From Candidatus Tepidifontimicrobium thermophilum (GTDB lineage Bacteria > Sysuimicrobiota > Sysuimicrobiia > Sysuimicrobiales > Sysuimicrobiaceae): a stretch of DNA of 32,708 bases. Under the pieces are notes generated by a model. The model saw only the letters and a program-made list of their open reading frames with translations, was not told the DNA's origin and ran no database searches. Numbering within the stretch: the first letter of the stretch is position 1; every line of letters starts with the position of its first letter. Below, one piece after another: positions 17,297-27,108 of this stretch. Both the position numbers and the translations under genes were made by a program. The stretch covers positions 1 through 32,708 of the forward strand of contig JAVKHO010000005.1 of NCBI GenBank assembly GCA_031459915.1, in the 5' to 3' direction.

Positions 17297-18325
17297 GTGA
17301 GGACAGTCCGCTTGCTGGCGTTGTTGGTCCTGCTGGTGGGGGGGATGCTGGCTGCCCCGGGCAGGGCCCAGCGGGCGCCCGTGCAGCTGGACCTGCCCAC
17401 CATCGCCGCGTACGAGGCCAGCCTGTCGGTGCTGGTGGCGGAAGCAGCGGGTCACTTCCGGGGAGAAGGGGTGGAGGTAGGACGCCTGATCTTCGCGGGC
17501 GGGACCGCCATCCGCAACCTCCTCATCGGTGGGCGGGTGCCGTTCGCCGTGCTCGGCACGGAGCACATCCCCCTGGCGCGGCTCGCGGGTGCCCCCCTGA
17601 AGGGGGTGGTGGCCACCTACGACCTGCCCAACATCGCCCTGCTGGTGAGGTCCGGCCTGCGCAATGAGGTGAAGACCGTGGCGGACCTCCGGGGCCGCAC
17701 GGTGGGCATCAGCGCCCCGGGCTCGTACTCGTGGTCCATGACCCTGACCTACCTGAAGAAGGCCGGCCTGGACCCGGAGCGGGACGTGCGCCTTCTGCCC
17801 ATCGGCACGGACCCCGGCGTGCTGTACACGGCGCTGCAGACCGGCCGGGTGGATGCTCTCGCGTGGAGCGAGCCCGTGATGAGCCGGGCCGAGCAGGACG
17901 GGGTGGCCTACGTGCTGGTCAACATCTTCGACCGCAACGTGGCGCGGCGCTGGATGGGCACCGACCGCGTCCTGTCCAACGTCCTGGCCACTACGGAGGG
18001 CGTCATCCGGACGCAGCCGGACACGGTGGCGGCCATGGTGGCGGCGATCCAGAAGGGCCTGGCGTACATCCGCAGCCACTCCTCGGAGGAGATCGTGCGG
18101 TTGGTTACCGGTAACCCCAAGACCAACCAGCTGTTCCAGGGAGTGCCGCCGGACCTGGCCAGCAAGATGATCAACCGCATCCGCCACGGGTACGGGACCG
18201 GCTGTCTGAGCCGCAGCGGCTACGAGGTGGAGATGCGCCGGATGATGGACACCGGAGTGATCCGGCAGCCCGTGGGCTTCGAGGAGGCCCTGGAGCCGCG
18301 GTGGGCCGGGGTGTGCCCGCGGTGA
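17297..18325 (+). CDS. ABC transporter substrate-binding protein, SsuA/NMT1-like
   Basis: GTG at 17297 behind GGAGGTG; signal peptide (RTVRLLALLVLLVGGMLAAPGRA-Q); TVADLRGRTVGISAPGS, GLDPERDV, ALQTGRVDA...SEP. Confidence 0.87.
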   Translation: MRTVRLLALLVLLVGGMLAAPGRAQRAPVQLDLPTIAAYEASLSVLVAEAAGHFRGEGVEVGRLIFAGGTAIRNLLIGGRVPFAVLGTEHIPLARLAGAPLKGVVATYDLPNIALLVRSGLRNEVKTVADLRGRTVGISAPGSYSWSMTLTYLKKAGLDPERDVRLLPIGTDPGVLYTALQTGRVDALAWSEPVMSRAEQDGVAYVLVNIFDRNVARRWMGTDRVLSNVLATTEGVIRTQPDTVAAMVAAIQKGLAYIRSHSSEEIVRLVTGNPKTNQLFQGVPPDLASKMINRIRHGYGTGCLSRSGYEVEMRRMMDTGVIRQPVGFEEALEPRWAGVCPR

Positions 18326-18341
18326 GCGGGTCCTGGACCCC

Positions 18342-19337
18342 ATGGCCGCGGCGTTGACCCTCAGCCTCGCCGCGGGGCCGTACGACCGCACCGAGCCGCT
18401 GCGGGACGGGACGGTGCGGCCGGAGGGGATCGACTTAGTGTACGTGCCCCTCGAGGAGCCCCCGGAGGCGTTCCTCAGAGGCCTTGCGGGGGAGTTCGAC
18501 GCCTTCGAGTTCAGCTGTTCCCTGTACTTCTCCCGCCACGCTGCGGGCGACTTCCCCTTCGTGGCCCTGCCCGTGTTCCCGTCGCGGATGTTCCGCCACG
18601 GGTACGCCTTCGTGAGGGAGGGCAGCGGCATCCGGGAGCCCAAGGACCTGGAGGGCAAGCGGGTGGGCATCCCGGAGTTCAGCCAGACCGGGTTGGTGTG
18701 GCTGCGGGGAATCCTGCAGGACGACTACGGGGTGGATTTGCGGTCGGTGGTCTGGGTGGTAGGGGAGGCGAACCGGCCGGGCCGCCGATCCGCGTCCATC
18801 GTGGGCCGTCCGTCGGGCGAGGGATGGAAGCTGGAAGCGGCGCCGGAAGGCTACAGCCTGGACCGCATGCTGGTGGAAGGGCTGCTGGACGCCTACATGG
18901 GGGCCGTGCGCCCCAACAGCTTCGGGGTGGACCTGCGGATCCGCAGACTGTTCCCGAACTACCGGGAGGTGGAGCGGGCGTACTACCTCCGGACGGGCAT
19001 CTTCCCCATCATGCACACGGTGGTGGTGCGGGAGGAGCTAGTACAGCGGCACCCCTGGGTGGCGACCAGCCTGTACAAGGCTTTCTGCCAGGCGAAGGAC
19101 CTAGCCTTCCGGCGCATGGCCCACAGCCCGTCCCTGCGGTACGCCTTGCCGTGGCTGCACGCGGACCTCGAAGAGGCCCGGGAGCTGTTCGGTCCGGATC
19201 CCTGGCCGTATGGCCTGGAGCCGAACCGCACGGTCCTCCAGACCCTGGTTCGCTACCTGCGCGAGCAGGGGCTGCTGACGGGCGAGCTCGTGCTGGAGGA
19301 GGCCTTCGCGCGGGTCAACGTCTTCGAGGGGCAGTAG
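18342..19337 (+). CDS. 4,5-dihydroxyphthalate decarboxylase-like protein (Pht5/OphC family, SBP-like fold), copy 1
   Basis: [74 protein letters not shown]; no signal peptide. Confidence 0.8.
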   Translation: MAAALTLSLAAGPYDRTEPLRDGTVRPEGIDLVYVPLEEPPEAFLRGLAGEFDAFEFSCSLYFSRHAAGDFPFVALPVFPSRMFRHGYAFVREGSGIREPKDLEGKRVGIPEFSQTGLVWLRGILQDDYGVDLRSVVWVVGEANRPGRRSASIVGRPSGEGWKLEAAPEGYSLDRMLVEGLLDAYMGAVRPNSFGVDLRIRRLFPNYREVERAYYLRTGIFPIMHTVVVREELVQRHPWVATSLYKAFCQAKDLAFRRMAHSPSLRYALPWLHADLEEARELFGPDPWPYGLEPNRTVLQTLVRYLREQGLLTGELVLEEAFARVNVFEGQ

Positions 19338-19338
19338 G

Positions 19339-20133
19339 CTACGCGAACCGCACCGACAGTGGCGGGAAGCCGGCCATCTCCAGGGTGACCACGTCGCCCG
19401 GACCGACCGCCACCGCCCGGCCCAAAGAGCCCGAGAGCACTACATCGCCCTCCTCCAGACCCTCCCCGAACTCCGCCAGTTTGTTTGCCAGCCAGGCCAC
19501 CGCCCGCGCTGGGTGCCCCAGGGCCGCCGCACCGACCCCCTCCGTGGCGGGCTGGCCGTTGTGGCTGAGCACCATGCCCACCAGGCGGAGGTCCTCGTGG
19601 CGGGCGCGGGACGACCACGGCCCCAGCACGAACCCTCCGAAGGAGGCGTTGTCCGCGATGGTGTCCGTGATCCGGATGCGCCAGTCGGCGATACGGGAGT
19701 CGATGATCTCCACCCCGCAGGTGACCGCGTCCGTGGCGGCGAGAACGTCCTGGACGGTCACGTGCGGTCCACGGAGAGGGCGGCCCAGCAAAAAGGCGAT
19801 CTCCCCTTCCACCCGCGGTTGCAGGAAGGTGTGGAAACCCACCTCTGCACGGCCGCCGGTCTGGGGGACGTAGCGGGAGGCCCACAGACAGCCGTAGTCG
19901 GGTTCGCTCACCCCCAGCTGCGCCTGCATGGCAGCGCTGGTGAGCCCGATCTTGCGGCCTGCCAGCTTCTCCCCGGCCTGCAGCCGCAGGGTGTTCCACC
20001 GCTGCTGCACCGCGTAGGCCTGCGCCACGTCCACGAGCCCCTCCTCACTGAGGGGCGGGATGGGCCGGCGGGAACGGAGGGCCTCCTCCAGGCGCTCTGC
20101 CAGCCGGTCCGGGTCTAGCGGTTGCTGAGGCAT
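19339..20133 (-). CDS. mhpD: 2-keto-4-pentenoate (2-oxopent-4-enoate) hydratase, FAH family
   Basis: ATG at 20133 (MPQQPLD); GRKIGLTS.AMQAQLGVSEPDYG, QPRVEGEIAF, EIIDSRIADW.I...DTIADNAS, LGHPA.AVAWLAN. Confidence 0.85.
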   Translation of the reverse strand: MPQQPLDPDRLAERLEEALRSRRPIPPLSEEGLVDVAQAYAVQQRWNTLRLQAGEKLAGRKIGLTSAAMQAQLGVSEPDYGCLWASRYVPQTGGRAEVGFHTFLQPRVEGEIAFLLGRPLRGPHVTVQDVLAATDAVTCGVEIIDSRIADWRIRITDTIADNASFGGFVLGPWSSRARHEDLRLVGMVLSHNGQPATEGVGAAALGHPARAVAWLANKLAEFGEGLEEGDVVLSGSLGRAVAVGPGDVVTLEMAGFPPLSVRFA

Positions 20134-21572
20134 ACCGTCTTGGCCTCCGTGTAGAACTCCAGGCTGTACTGCGCGCCTTCCCGGCCGATCCCGCTGGACT
20201 TCATGCCCCCGAAGGGCACCCGCAGGTCCCGCACGAAGAAGTCGTTCACCCACACGGTGCCCGCCTCCAGGGCGTTGGCCACCCGGATCGCCCGGCCCAC
20301 GTCCTTGGTCTGGACCACCGCGGACAGGCCGTAGGTGACCCCGTTGGCCACCTCAATGGCTTCCTCCTCCGTGTCGAAGGGCAGGACCGTGACCACCGGG
20401 CCGAACACCTCTTCCTGGCAGATGCGGTCGGTGTGGCGGACGCCGGTGATCACCGTCGGGTTCAGGAAGTTGCCGCGGTCGAAGGGGGCCGGAAGCTGAG
20501 GTCGGTCGCCGCCCAGGAGCACCTGGGCGCCCTGGGCCCGGGCCTCCTCCACGTAGCCCGTGACGCGTTCCAGGTGCTCGGGCGCGATGAGGGCGCCGAG
20601 GGTCGTCTCTGGGTCCATGGGGTCGCCGGGGCGCAGGCGCTCGCAGGCCGCCACGAAGCGCTCGAGGAAGGCGTCGAAGACGGGCCGCTGCACCATCAGG
20701 CGCGGTCCCGCCAGGCAGAACTCACCCTGGTTGAAGAACGCCGCGCGGACGCTTACCTCCACCGCCCGGTCCAGGTCCACGTCCTCGAAGACGAGGTTCG
20801 GCCCCTTGCCACCCAGTTCGAAGCTCAGCCGCTTCAGGGTCGGGGCCGCGGCCGCCATGATGGTCTTGCCGGTGGTGGTCTCGCCCGTGAAGGAGATGAG
20901 ACGGACCAGGGGGTGCTTGGTGAGGAACTCGCCCGCGGAGTTGGGGCCGAACCCGTGCACCACGTTGAACACCCCGGGGGGCAGGCCCACCCGGTGGGCG
21001 ATCTGTGCCAGCTTCCACGCCCCGATGGGGGTGTACTCCGCGGGTTTGAGCACCACGGTGTTCCCGAAGGCCAGCGCGGGCCCGATCTTCCACGTCTCCA
21101 GGAGCAGCGGGACGTTCCACGGGGTGATGAGGGCGGCCACGCCCACGGGCATGCGCTGGACGTAGTTCACGTAGCCGTTGTCCATCAAAAACGCCTCGCT
21201 CCCGTGGGTGGCCGCGAAGTCCGCGAAGAACTCGATGTTGTTCGCCACCCGGGCGATGTACACCTGGGGGTTGTTCTCCCGGATGGGACGGCCCACGTCC
21301 CACGTCTCCACCCGGGCCAGCTCCTCTGCTTCCTCCCGGATGGCCCGGGCGAAGGCGTGGAGGATCTTCCGGCGCTCCGCCACAGGGGTGCGGCTCCAGG
21401 AGGCGAAAGCCCGGTGGGCCGCCTGCACCGCGGCGTCCACCTCGTCCGGCCCCGCCTCCGGTGCGGTGCCGATGACCTCGTTGGTGGCGGGGTAGAACAC
21501 CTCGAAACGATTCCGTCCTTTCCGGAACTCCCCGCCGATGTAGTGCTCCACCTCGAAGCGCGGCCTGTCCAC
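20115..21572 (-). CDS. Aldehyde dehydrogenase, 2-hydroxymuconic semialdehyde dehydrogenase (DmpC/XylG/HpaE)-like
   Basis: ITPWNVPLLLETWKIGPALAFGNT, HGFGPNSAGEFLT.HP, FTGETTTG, SFELGGKGP, NQGEFCLAG, EEVFGPV, RDLRVPFGGMK.SGIGREG; meta-pathway context. Confidence 0.85.
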   Translation of the reverse strand: MDRPRFEVEHYIGGEFRKGRNRFEVFYPATNEVIGTAPEAGPDEVDAAVQAAHRAFASWSRTPVAERRKILHAFARAIREEAEELARVETWDVGRPIRENNPQVYIARVANNIEFFADFAATHGSEAFLMDNGYVNYVQRMPVGVAALITPWNVPLLLETWKIGPALAFGNTVVLKPAEYTPIGAWKLAQIAHRVGLPPGVFNVVHGFGPNSAGEFLTKHPLVRLISFTGETTTGKTIMAAAAPTLKRLSFELGGKGPNLVFEDVDLDRAVEVSVRAAFFNQGEFCLAGPRLMVQRPVFDAFLERFVAACERLRPGDPMDPETTLGALIAPEHLERVTGYVEEARAQGAQVLLGGDRPQLPAPFDRGNFLNPTVITGVRHTDRICQEEVFGPVVTVLPFDTEEEAIEVANGVTYGLSAVVQTKDVGRAIRVANALEAGTVWVNDFFVRDLRVPFGGMKSSGIGREGAQYSLEFYTEAKTVCLSNR

Positions 21573-21587
21573 GGTCTCCGACCTCCT

Positions 21588-22313
21588 CTACGGCTCGAAA
21601 CGCAACAGCAGCACGCCCGCCCCACTCCAGACCTCCACCGTCCCCGGCTCCGCGGGGACCGCGGGCGCGGGGGAACCCAGGAACACCACCTGGCCGGCCC
21701 GCAGCCCGCCCACCCGGTCTGCCAGCCACGCCACCCGAGTCCCCAGGTCTCCCAGGGCCTCGGTGGGGCCCTCCGACCGGAGGGCGCCGTTCAGGAACAG
21801 CCGGAGCTGCGCGGGCAGGTCCGTCTCCGGGACCAGCACCGGACCCAGGGCGAAGGCCCCTCCGCTGGCGTTGTCCGCCACCACCTCGGGCGCGGTGAAG
21901 CGGTAGTCCTGCCAGACGCTGTCCAACACGTCCAGGGCCAGGAAGAAACCGCCGAACGCGGCCCGGGCTCGGCTCGGCACGGTGCCCGCGGGCACGTCCG
22001 CCCGCAGGACCACTGCCACCTCGGGTTCCACCCGGGGCTGCAGGAACCTGCTGAGGGACACCGACGGACCGAGGAGCATGTCCGCGTACACGCGGCCGTA
22101 GATGGGCTCGCGGATCTCCATCTGCCGCTGCTTGGCTTCACTCAGCAGGCCCAGCTTGAAGCCCCTCAGGGCCCGGCCCGAGCCCAGGGCTGCCTGCACC
22201 CGGTAGGCTGCTTCCAGGGTCACAGGAGCTGCCGCGCCGGGCACCGGGGTACGGGCGGCCCGCGCGGACCGGATCCGCTCCAGTAGCTCCTGCTCGCTCG
22301 CGGTCAGCATCAT
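21588..22313 (-). CDS. dmpH: 4-oxalocrotonate decarboxylase-like protein (FAH family)
   Basis: GFKLGLLSEAKQRQM...EPIYG (resembles the DmpH 'KMGLTS.AK..QM' motif), QPRVEPEVA, LDSVWQDYRF...VVADNAS; divergent and shortened. Confidence 0.65.
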   Translation of the reverse strand: MMLTASEQELLERIRSARAARTPVPGAAAPVTLEAAYRVQAALGSGRALRGFKLGLLSEAKQRQMEIREPIYGRVYADMLLGPSVSLSRFLQPRVEPEVAVVLRADVPAGTVPSRARAAFGGFFLALDVLDSVWQDYRFTAPEVVADNASGGAFALGPVLVPETDLPAQLRLFLNGALRSEGPTEALGDLGTRVAWLADRVGGLRAGQVVFLGSPAPAVPAEPGTVEVWSGAGVLLLRFEP

Positions 22314-22353
22314 GGGAGTCCTCCGTGGGCCGTGGGGGTAGCCCGTAACCGGT

Positions 22354-23373
22354 TCAGGACGCCACCGCAGCCTGCTTCTGACGGACGAGGTCCAGCGCCA
22401 CGTCGAGGATCCAGTCCTCCTGCCCCGCCACCGCTTTCCGCCGGCCCAGCTCCACCAGGATCTCCCGCGGGTCCAGGCCCAGCCGCTCCCCGATGCGGCG
22501 TGCGTGCAGGAGGAACGTGGAGTACGTCCCTGCGTAGCCGATGGTCACCGCGTCCCGGTCCGGCATGGGCTGGAACGGCATCATGGGCGCTAGGATGAAC
22601 TCCGCGGCGTCCATGAGCTTGAACACGTCCAGCCCGGGATTGAGTCCCGCCTTGTCCAGGACCGCGGCCAGGACCTCCGTGGCGGCGTTGCCCGCGCCGG
22701 CGCCGCAGCCCCGAAGGGACCCGTCCAGCTGGTCCGCCCCTGCCTCCAGAGCCGCCAGGCAGTTGCCGATGGCCACGCCCAGGTTGTTGTGGGCGTGGAA
22801 GCCCACCTGGATCCGCAGGGCCTGCTTGAGCGCCCTCACCGCGGCCGCGGCCTGCCACGGCAGCATGGCGCCCGCGGAGTCGGTGACGTACACACAGTCC
22901 GCGCCGTACGACTCCATCAGCTGCGCCTGCTCCGCCAGCCGCTCCGGCGGGATCATGTGGGCCATCATGAGGAGGCCCACCGCCTCCATCCCCAGCTCCT
23001 TGGCCAGGCCGAAGTGCTGCTCGGAGATGTCCGCCTCGGTGCACTGGGTGGCGATGCGGGCTACCGTGGCGCCCCTCCGGACCGCCTCCCGCAGCTCCTT
23101 GCGGGTTCCGATCCCGGGGATCAGCAGGATGGCGATCCGGGCCCTCCGCGCGGTGGCGGCCGCCTCCTCCACCAAGTCCAGGTCGGGGACCCGAGAGAAC
23201 CCGTACTGGATGGACGAACCCGCCAGCCCGTCGCCGTGGGTGACCTCGATGACGGGCACACCGGCGTCGTCCAGGGCCGCCACCACCGCCCGTACCTGTT
23301 CCCGGGTGAACTGGTGACGGAAGGCGTGGGACCCGTCCCGCAGGGTGGTGTCGGTGATCCGAGGAGGTCTCAT
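22354..23373 (-). CDS. dmpG: 4-hydroxy-2-oxovalerate aldolase
   Basis: [94 protein letters not shown]. Confidence 0.95.
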   Translation of the reverse strand: MRPPRITDTTLRDGSHAFRHQFTREQVRAVVAALDDAGVPVIEVTHGDGLAGSSIQYGFSRVPDLDLVEEAAATARRARIAILLIPGIGTRKELREAVRRGATVARIATQCTEADISEQHFGLAKELGMEAVGLLMMAHMIPPERLAEQAQLMESYGADCVYVTDSAGAMLPWQAAAAVRALKQALRIQVGFHAHNNLGVAIGNCLAALEAGADQLDGSLRGCGAGAGNAATEVLAAVLDKAGLNPGLDVFKLMDAAEFILAPMMPFQPMPDRDAVTIGYAGTYSTFLLHARRIGERLGLDPREILVELGRRKAVAGQEDWILDVALDLVRQKQAAVAS

Positions 23374-24287
23374 GCCACCGCCCCCGTCAGCATGTGCTGC
23401 GCGATCAACTCCCCGACCCGCCGCGCCGCCGCGGTCATGATGTCCAGGTTCCCCGCGTAGGTGGGCAGGTAGTCGCCCGCGCCCTCGATCTCCAGCAGCA
23501 TGGCCACCACCGTCCGCTCGCCCCAGGGGGTGTCCCGGCGGTCGAAGTGGGGGCCGTTCTTCAGCCGGTAGCCCGGTACGTACCGCTGGACCTCCGCCAC
23601 CATGCGCTCCACCGACTCCCGGATCCGGTCCGGGTCCACGTCGTCATCCTCCGGGATGCAGTAGATGGTGTTGCGCATGATGATGGGCGGTTCCGCGGGG
23701 TTCAGGATGATGATGGCCTTCCCCAGGGCCGCGCCGCCGATGACCTCGAGGCCCCGGGCGGTGGTGGAGGTAAACTCGTCAATGTTCTGCCGGGTGCCGG
23801 GCCCCGCGGACCGGCTGGCGACGGTGGACACGATCTCCGCGTAGCGCACCGGGCTGACCCGGTTCACCGCGTGCACCAGCGGGATGGTGGCCTGTCCCCC
23901 GCACGTGATGAGGTTCACGTTGGGGACGTCCAGGTGCTCGCCCAAATTCACCGGCGGCACCACGTACGGCCCCACCGCCGCAGGCGTGAGGTCCACCGCC
24001 ACCTTCCCGGCTTCCCGCAGGACCTTCGCGTGGCGGACGTGGGACTTGGCGCTGGTGGCGTCGAACACGATGCGGATGTCGGGGTCCTCCAGGACCGCCT
24101 GGATCCCGTCCACGCTGGTGCGCAGACCCAGGGCCCGGGCCCTGGCCAGCCCCTCCGACTGAGGGTCGATCCCCGCCACCAAGACGAGCTCCATGGGCCC
24201 CGGGTTCTTGAGGATCTTGTACATGAGGTCGGTCCCGATGTTGCCGGAACCCAGGATGGCGACCTTGACTTTCCCGTTTCGGCTCAT
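23370..24287 (-). CDS. dmpF: Acetaldehyde dehydrogenase (acetylating)
   Basis: [40 protein letters not shown] (catalytic Cys), [42 protein letters not shown]. Confidence 0.95.
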   Translation of the reverse strand: MSRNGKVKVAILGSGNIGTDLMYKILKNPGPMELVLVAGIDPQSEGLARARALGLRTSVDGIQAVLEDPDIRIVFDATSAKSHVRHAKVLREAGKVAVDLTPAAVGPYVVPPVNLGEHLDVPNVNLITCGGQATIPLVHAVNRVSPVRYAEIVSTVASRSAGPGTRQNIDEFTSTTARGLEVIGGAALGKAIIILNPAEPPIIMRNTIYCIPEDDDVDPDRIRESVERMVAEVQRYVPGYRLKNGPHFDRRDTPWGERTVVAMLLEIEGAGDYLPTYAGNLDIMTAAARRVGELIAQHMLTGAVA

Positions 24288-24315
24288 GCTCCCACCTTCC
24301 CCCGGTTTTTCCGCG

Positions 24316-25299
24316 CTACTCGTTGACCACGGTCACAGGTGCGAACAGCTCGTCCACGGGGCGCGGACGCTCCACGAAGCCCTGCTCCACCAGGTACCGC
24401 AGGAGGGTCTCCAGGGTCTTGCGGTTAGGCTCCAAGCCGTAGGGCCAGGGATCCTCACCCAGGACGCGCTCCGTCTCTTCCAGCTCCGCGTGCAGCCAGG
24501 GGACCGTGTACCGCAGGGCTCCGCTGAACCGCATCTGCTCCGCGCACCAGGCCTTGGCGGCCACGAACGCCTTGTACAGGCTGTGGACGACCCAGGGGTG
24601 CTGCCGGTACACGGCCTCCCGTACCACCACCGTGTGCATGATCGGGAAGATCCCTGTGCGGCGGTAGTAGTCCTTCTCCACCTCGCGGTAGTCGGGGAAC
24701 AGCCGCACGACCCGCGGGTCCCGGCCCAGGGCGCGGGGGATGCGGGCCCCGATGAGGGCGTCGATCTCCCCCGCCACCAGCATGTCGTTCAGGGTGCGGT
24801 CGAACACCCGCTGGATGGACAGGGGGAAGCGGGGCCACTCCACCAAGGCGTCGGGCCGGCCGATGGCGTTCACCCCTCCCGTGTACCAACGACAGGACCC
24901 CCAGTCCACCCCGTACTCGTCCGCCAGGATCCCCCGGATCCACACCGCCGCGGTCTGGCTGTACTCCGGCACCCCGACCCTCTTGCCGTCGAGGTCCTTC
25001 GGCGTCTCGATCCCGCTGTCCCGGTTCACGAACACGAAACCGTGCCGGAACATGCGGGAAGGGAAAACGGGCAGGGCCACGAAGGGGAAGTCCCCCCGGC
25101 ACTTGCGGATGAAGTACAGGGAGCAGGACATCTCGGAGACGTCGAAGCACTCCGTGGCCACCATCCGGGCGAACAGCTCGGGCGGAGAGGGCACGGGGAC
25201 GTACACCAGCTCGATCCCCTCGGGCCGTACCAGCCCACTGCGGAGGGCTTCCGTGCGGTCGTACGGCCCGCAGGCCAGGCTCAGGCGCAGCTCCGGCAC
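24316..25299 (-). CDS. 4,5-dihydroxyphthalate decarboxylase-like protein (Pht5/OphC family), copy 2
   Basis: GTG at 25299 behind [78 protein letters not shown]. Confidence 0.82.
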   Translation of the reverse strand: MPELRLSLACGPYDRTEALRSGLVRPEGIELVYVPVPSPPELFARMVATECFDVSEMSCSLYFIRKCRGDFPFVALPVFPSRMFRHGFVFVNRDSGIETPKDLDGKRVGVPEYSQTAAVWIRGILADEYGVDWGSCRWYTGGVNAIGRPDALVEWPRFPLSIQRVFDRTLNDMLVAGEIDALIGARIPRALGRDPRVVRLFPDYREVEKDYYRRTGIFPIMHTVVVREAVYRQHPWVVHSLYKAFVAAKAWCAEQMRFSGALRYTVPWLHAELEETERVLGEDPWPYGLEPNRKTLETLLRYLVEQGFVERPRPVDELFAPVTVVNE

Positions 25300-25309
25300 G
25301 CTCCGCCTC

Positions 25310-25828
25310 CTACAACGGGTAGACAAAAACGTCCTGGAGCACCGGGGTGTCCAGGACCACCCACTTGGACCGGAACCGCGGCCCCTGGGGGCCGAACTCC
25401 ACCACGTCGCGGTACTCGCCCACTGCCAGCAGCCGTGGGTAGAAGTCGCCGGCCGGCGTCCCCCACACGGCGAAGTTGGCCAGCACCCGCACGGTTCCGT
25501 CGTCCTGAGGCTCCGTCCACACCGGTCCCACCACGTGCCGCGGCCGAACCTGGTTGTAGTGCCGGTCCTCCAGGCGACCGCCCGCACCCCAGAACTCCCG
25601 GATGACGGTGACGCGATCCACGATCCGGTCCTTCGTGTCGTCGCACACCACACACACCGGAAGGCCCGCCTCCAGGTTCTCCCGGGTCACCACCCGGTAC
25701 TCCGCCTGGTCCGCGAACAGGTCGGGCCACTCCTCGATGCGGTCGGGGTCGTCTACCACCCGCACGTAGCGGGCCAGCAGCTCCCGCGCCGCCTGCTCCC
25801 GGGTAGCCAGCGAGTCGGTCGCCTTCAC
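25310..25828 (-). CDS. Aromatic ring-hydroxylating oxygenase beta subunit (NagH/TphA3/AndAd-like)
   Basis: GTG at 25828 overlapping the alpha-subunit TGA; IEEWPDLF....YRVVTREN.EAGLP, DRV, RHVVG, ANFAV, GEYRDVV, C-terminal FVYPL. Confidence 0.85.
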   Translation of the reverse strand: MKATDSLATREQAARELLARYVRVVDDPDRIEEWPDLFADQAEYRVVTRENLEAGLPVCVVCDDTKDRIVDRVTVIREFWGAGGRLEDRHYNQVRPRHVVGPVWTEPQDDGTVRVLANFAVWGTPAGDFYPRLLAVGEYRDVVEFGPQGPRFRSKWVVLDTPVLQDVFVYPL

Positions 25829-27042
25829 GAGCTGCCCTCCTCCACGGGGACCCCGATGAGCCGGCGGTAGGCCTGGTAGAAGTGGCGGATGGGTGCTTCG
25901 TCCACGTGGCGGTAGGGCGGGAACCGCTTGGGCGTCCCCTTGAGGACCACGTTGTCCCCCCGAGCCACGGAACTCTGCTGGACCCGCTCCAGGGCCGCGG
26001 CGTCCTCCAGGGTGATGGCGCCCGCGGGGCCCAGGACCGCCGGACCCTGCCGGACCCGGTGGCGGACCACCTCTTCCGGGTCGTCCGCCCGCGCGAAGAA
26101 GGTGAACTCGATGAGGGTCTGGTCCACTGCCAGGGGCAGCACGTACCGCAGCTGCAGGGTGTCGAAGTAGTCCGTGACGACCCCGGAGGGGAAGACCACC
26201 ATCATGTTGTGGTCGGTGGTGGGTTTCGTCCGCACGTCGAACAGGGTCATGTCCCGCAGCACCGGCTCCAGCTGCTCCCGGGGGGTGGAGCGGGACTGGC
26301 CCCAGAGGTGCCCGTTGCGTTCGTAGTTGGGGACCAGCCGCTGGCCGCCGTGGGACCGCAGCCGCACCACCTGGAAGCCGGTGTGGAGGGCGGTCACGTG
26401 GTAACCGTCGTAGATGTTCTCCACGTACAGCTTCCAGTTGGTCCGGAAGATGACCTTGATGGAGCCCAGGTACCGGAGGCGGCCATCGCCCAGCACGCGG
26501 TCCAGGCCCTCGGTGAGCTCGGCCAGGTACGTGTCCAGGGGCGGGGTTCCCTCGTGGAAGGAGGCGAAGATCAGGCCCTTGTACAGCGCCACCCGCGCCT
26601 GGGGCAGCCCGTAGTCCTCCTTCCGGAACTCCGCGGGGAAGTCGTCGGGCAGCGACACGCCGAGCAGGGAGCCGTCGGGGGCGTACGTCCACATGTGGTA
26701 GATGCAGCGGAACCCGCCCTTGAGGACGTTGCCCCTGGGCCCTTCCACGAGCCGGGCGCCCCGGTGCGCGCACGCGTTGACCAGGACCCGGACCTGGCCC
26801 TGTGCGTCCCGGACCACGATGACCGGGACCGCCCCCACGGACAGCGTCTTGTAGTCCCCGGGCTGGGGGATCTCCGCCTCGTGGCCCACCAACACCCACA
26901 CGGGGCCGGTGAACACGGCGTCCATCTCCCAGCGAAAGAGATCCGGGTCGGTGAAGATCTCCCTGGGGATGCGGTTGTCCTCCGGAGGCCACCTGAGCGG
27001 CACGGGAGGCCCCTGGACGGTGCGAGGCAACACGCTGGCCAT
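25825..27042 (-). CDS. Rieske ring-hydroxylating oxygenase alpha subunit (salicylate/terephthalate/anthranilate-type group)
   Basis: Rieske CAHRG...CIYH; mononuclear Fe NWKLYVENIYDGYHVTALH; GPAGAITLED; EAPIRHFYQAYR. Confidence 0.9.
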   Translation of the reverse strand: MASVLPRTVQGPPVPLRWPPEDNRIPREIFTDPDLFRWEMDAVFTGPVWVLVGHEAEIPQPGDYKTLSVGAVPVIVVRDAQGQVRVLVNACAHRGARLVEGPRGNVLKGGFRCIYHMWTYAPDGSLLGVSLPDDFPAEFRKEDYGLPQARVALYKGLIFASFHEGTPPLDTYLAELTEGLDRVLGDGRLRYLGSIKVIFRTNWKLYVENIYDGYHVTALHTGFQVVRLRSHGGQRLVPNYERNGHLWGQSRSTPREQLEPVLRDMTLFDVRTKPTTDHNMMVVFPSGVVTDYFDTLQLRYVLPLAVDQTLIEFTFFARADDPEEVVRHRVRQGPAVLGPAGAITLEDAAALERVQQSSVARGDNVVLKGTPKRFPPYRHVDEAPIRHFYQAYRRLIGVPVEEGSS

Positions 27043-27073
27043 CGGTTCCCCCTCTTTAAGGGACTTCAGCCCG

Positions 27074-27102
27074 ATTATGGGCGTTCTTCCCGGGGCCGGA
27101 AA
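27074..27102 (-). promoter_or_regulatory. Putative promoter for the leftward Rieske/meta-cleavage operon (TTTCCG-17 bp-CATAAT)
   Basis: On the minus strand: -35 TTTCCG (27102-27097), 17-bp spacer, -10 CATAAT (27079-27074); AGAGGGGG SD before ATG 27042. Confidence 0.45.
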
Positions 27103-27108
27103 GGGGTC

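Noticed and set aside
18342..19337. Calling the Pht5-like proteins ABC substrate-binding proteins
   Set aside because: They share the fold but have no signal peptide and carry the dihydroxyphthalate decarboxylase-family motifs.
20433..22286. 617-aa plus-strand ORF, and similar long antisense ORFs (25882-27246, 27392-29188, 24193-25605, 17258-18670)
   Set aside because: Each lies opposite a well-supported gene and has shadow-frame composition with no family motifs.
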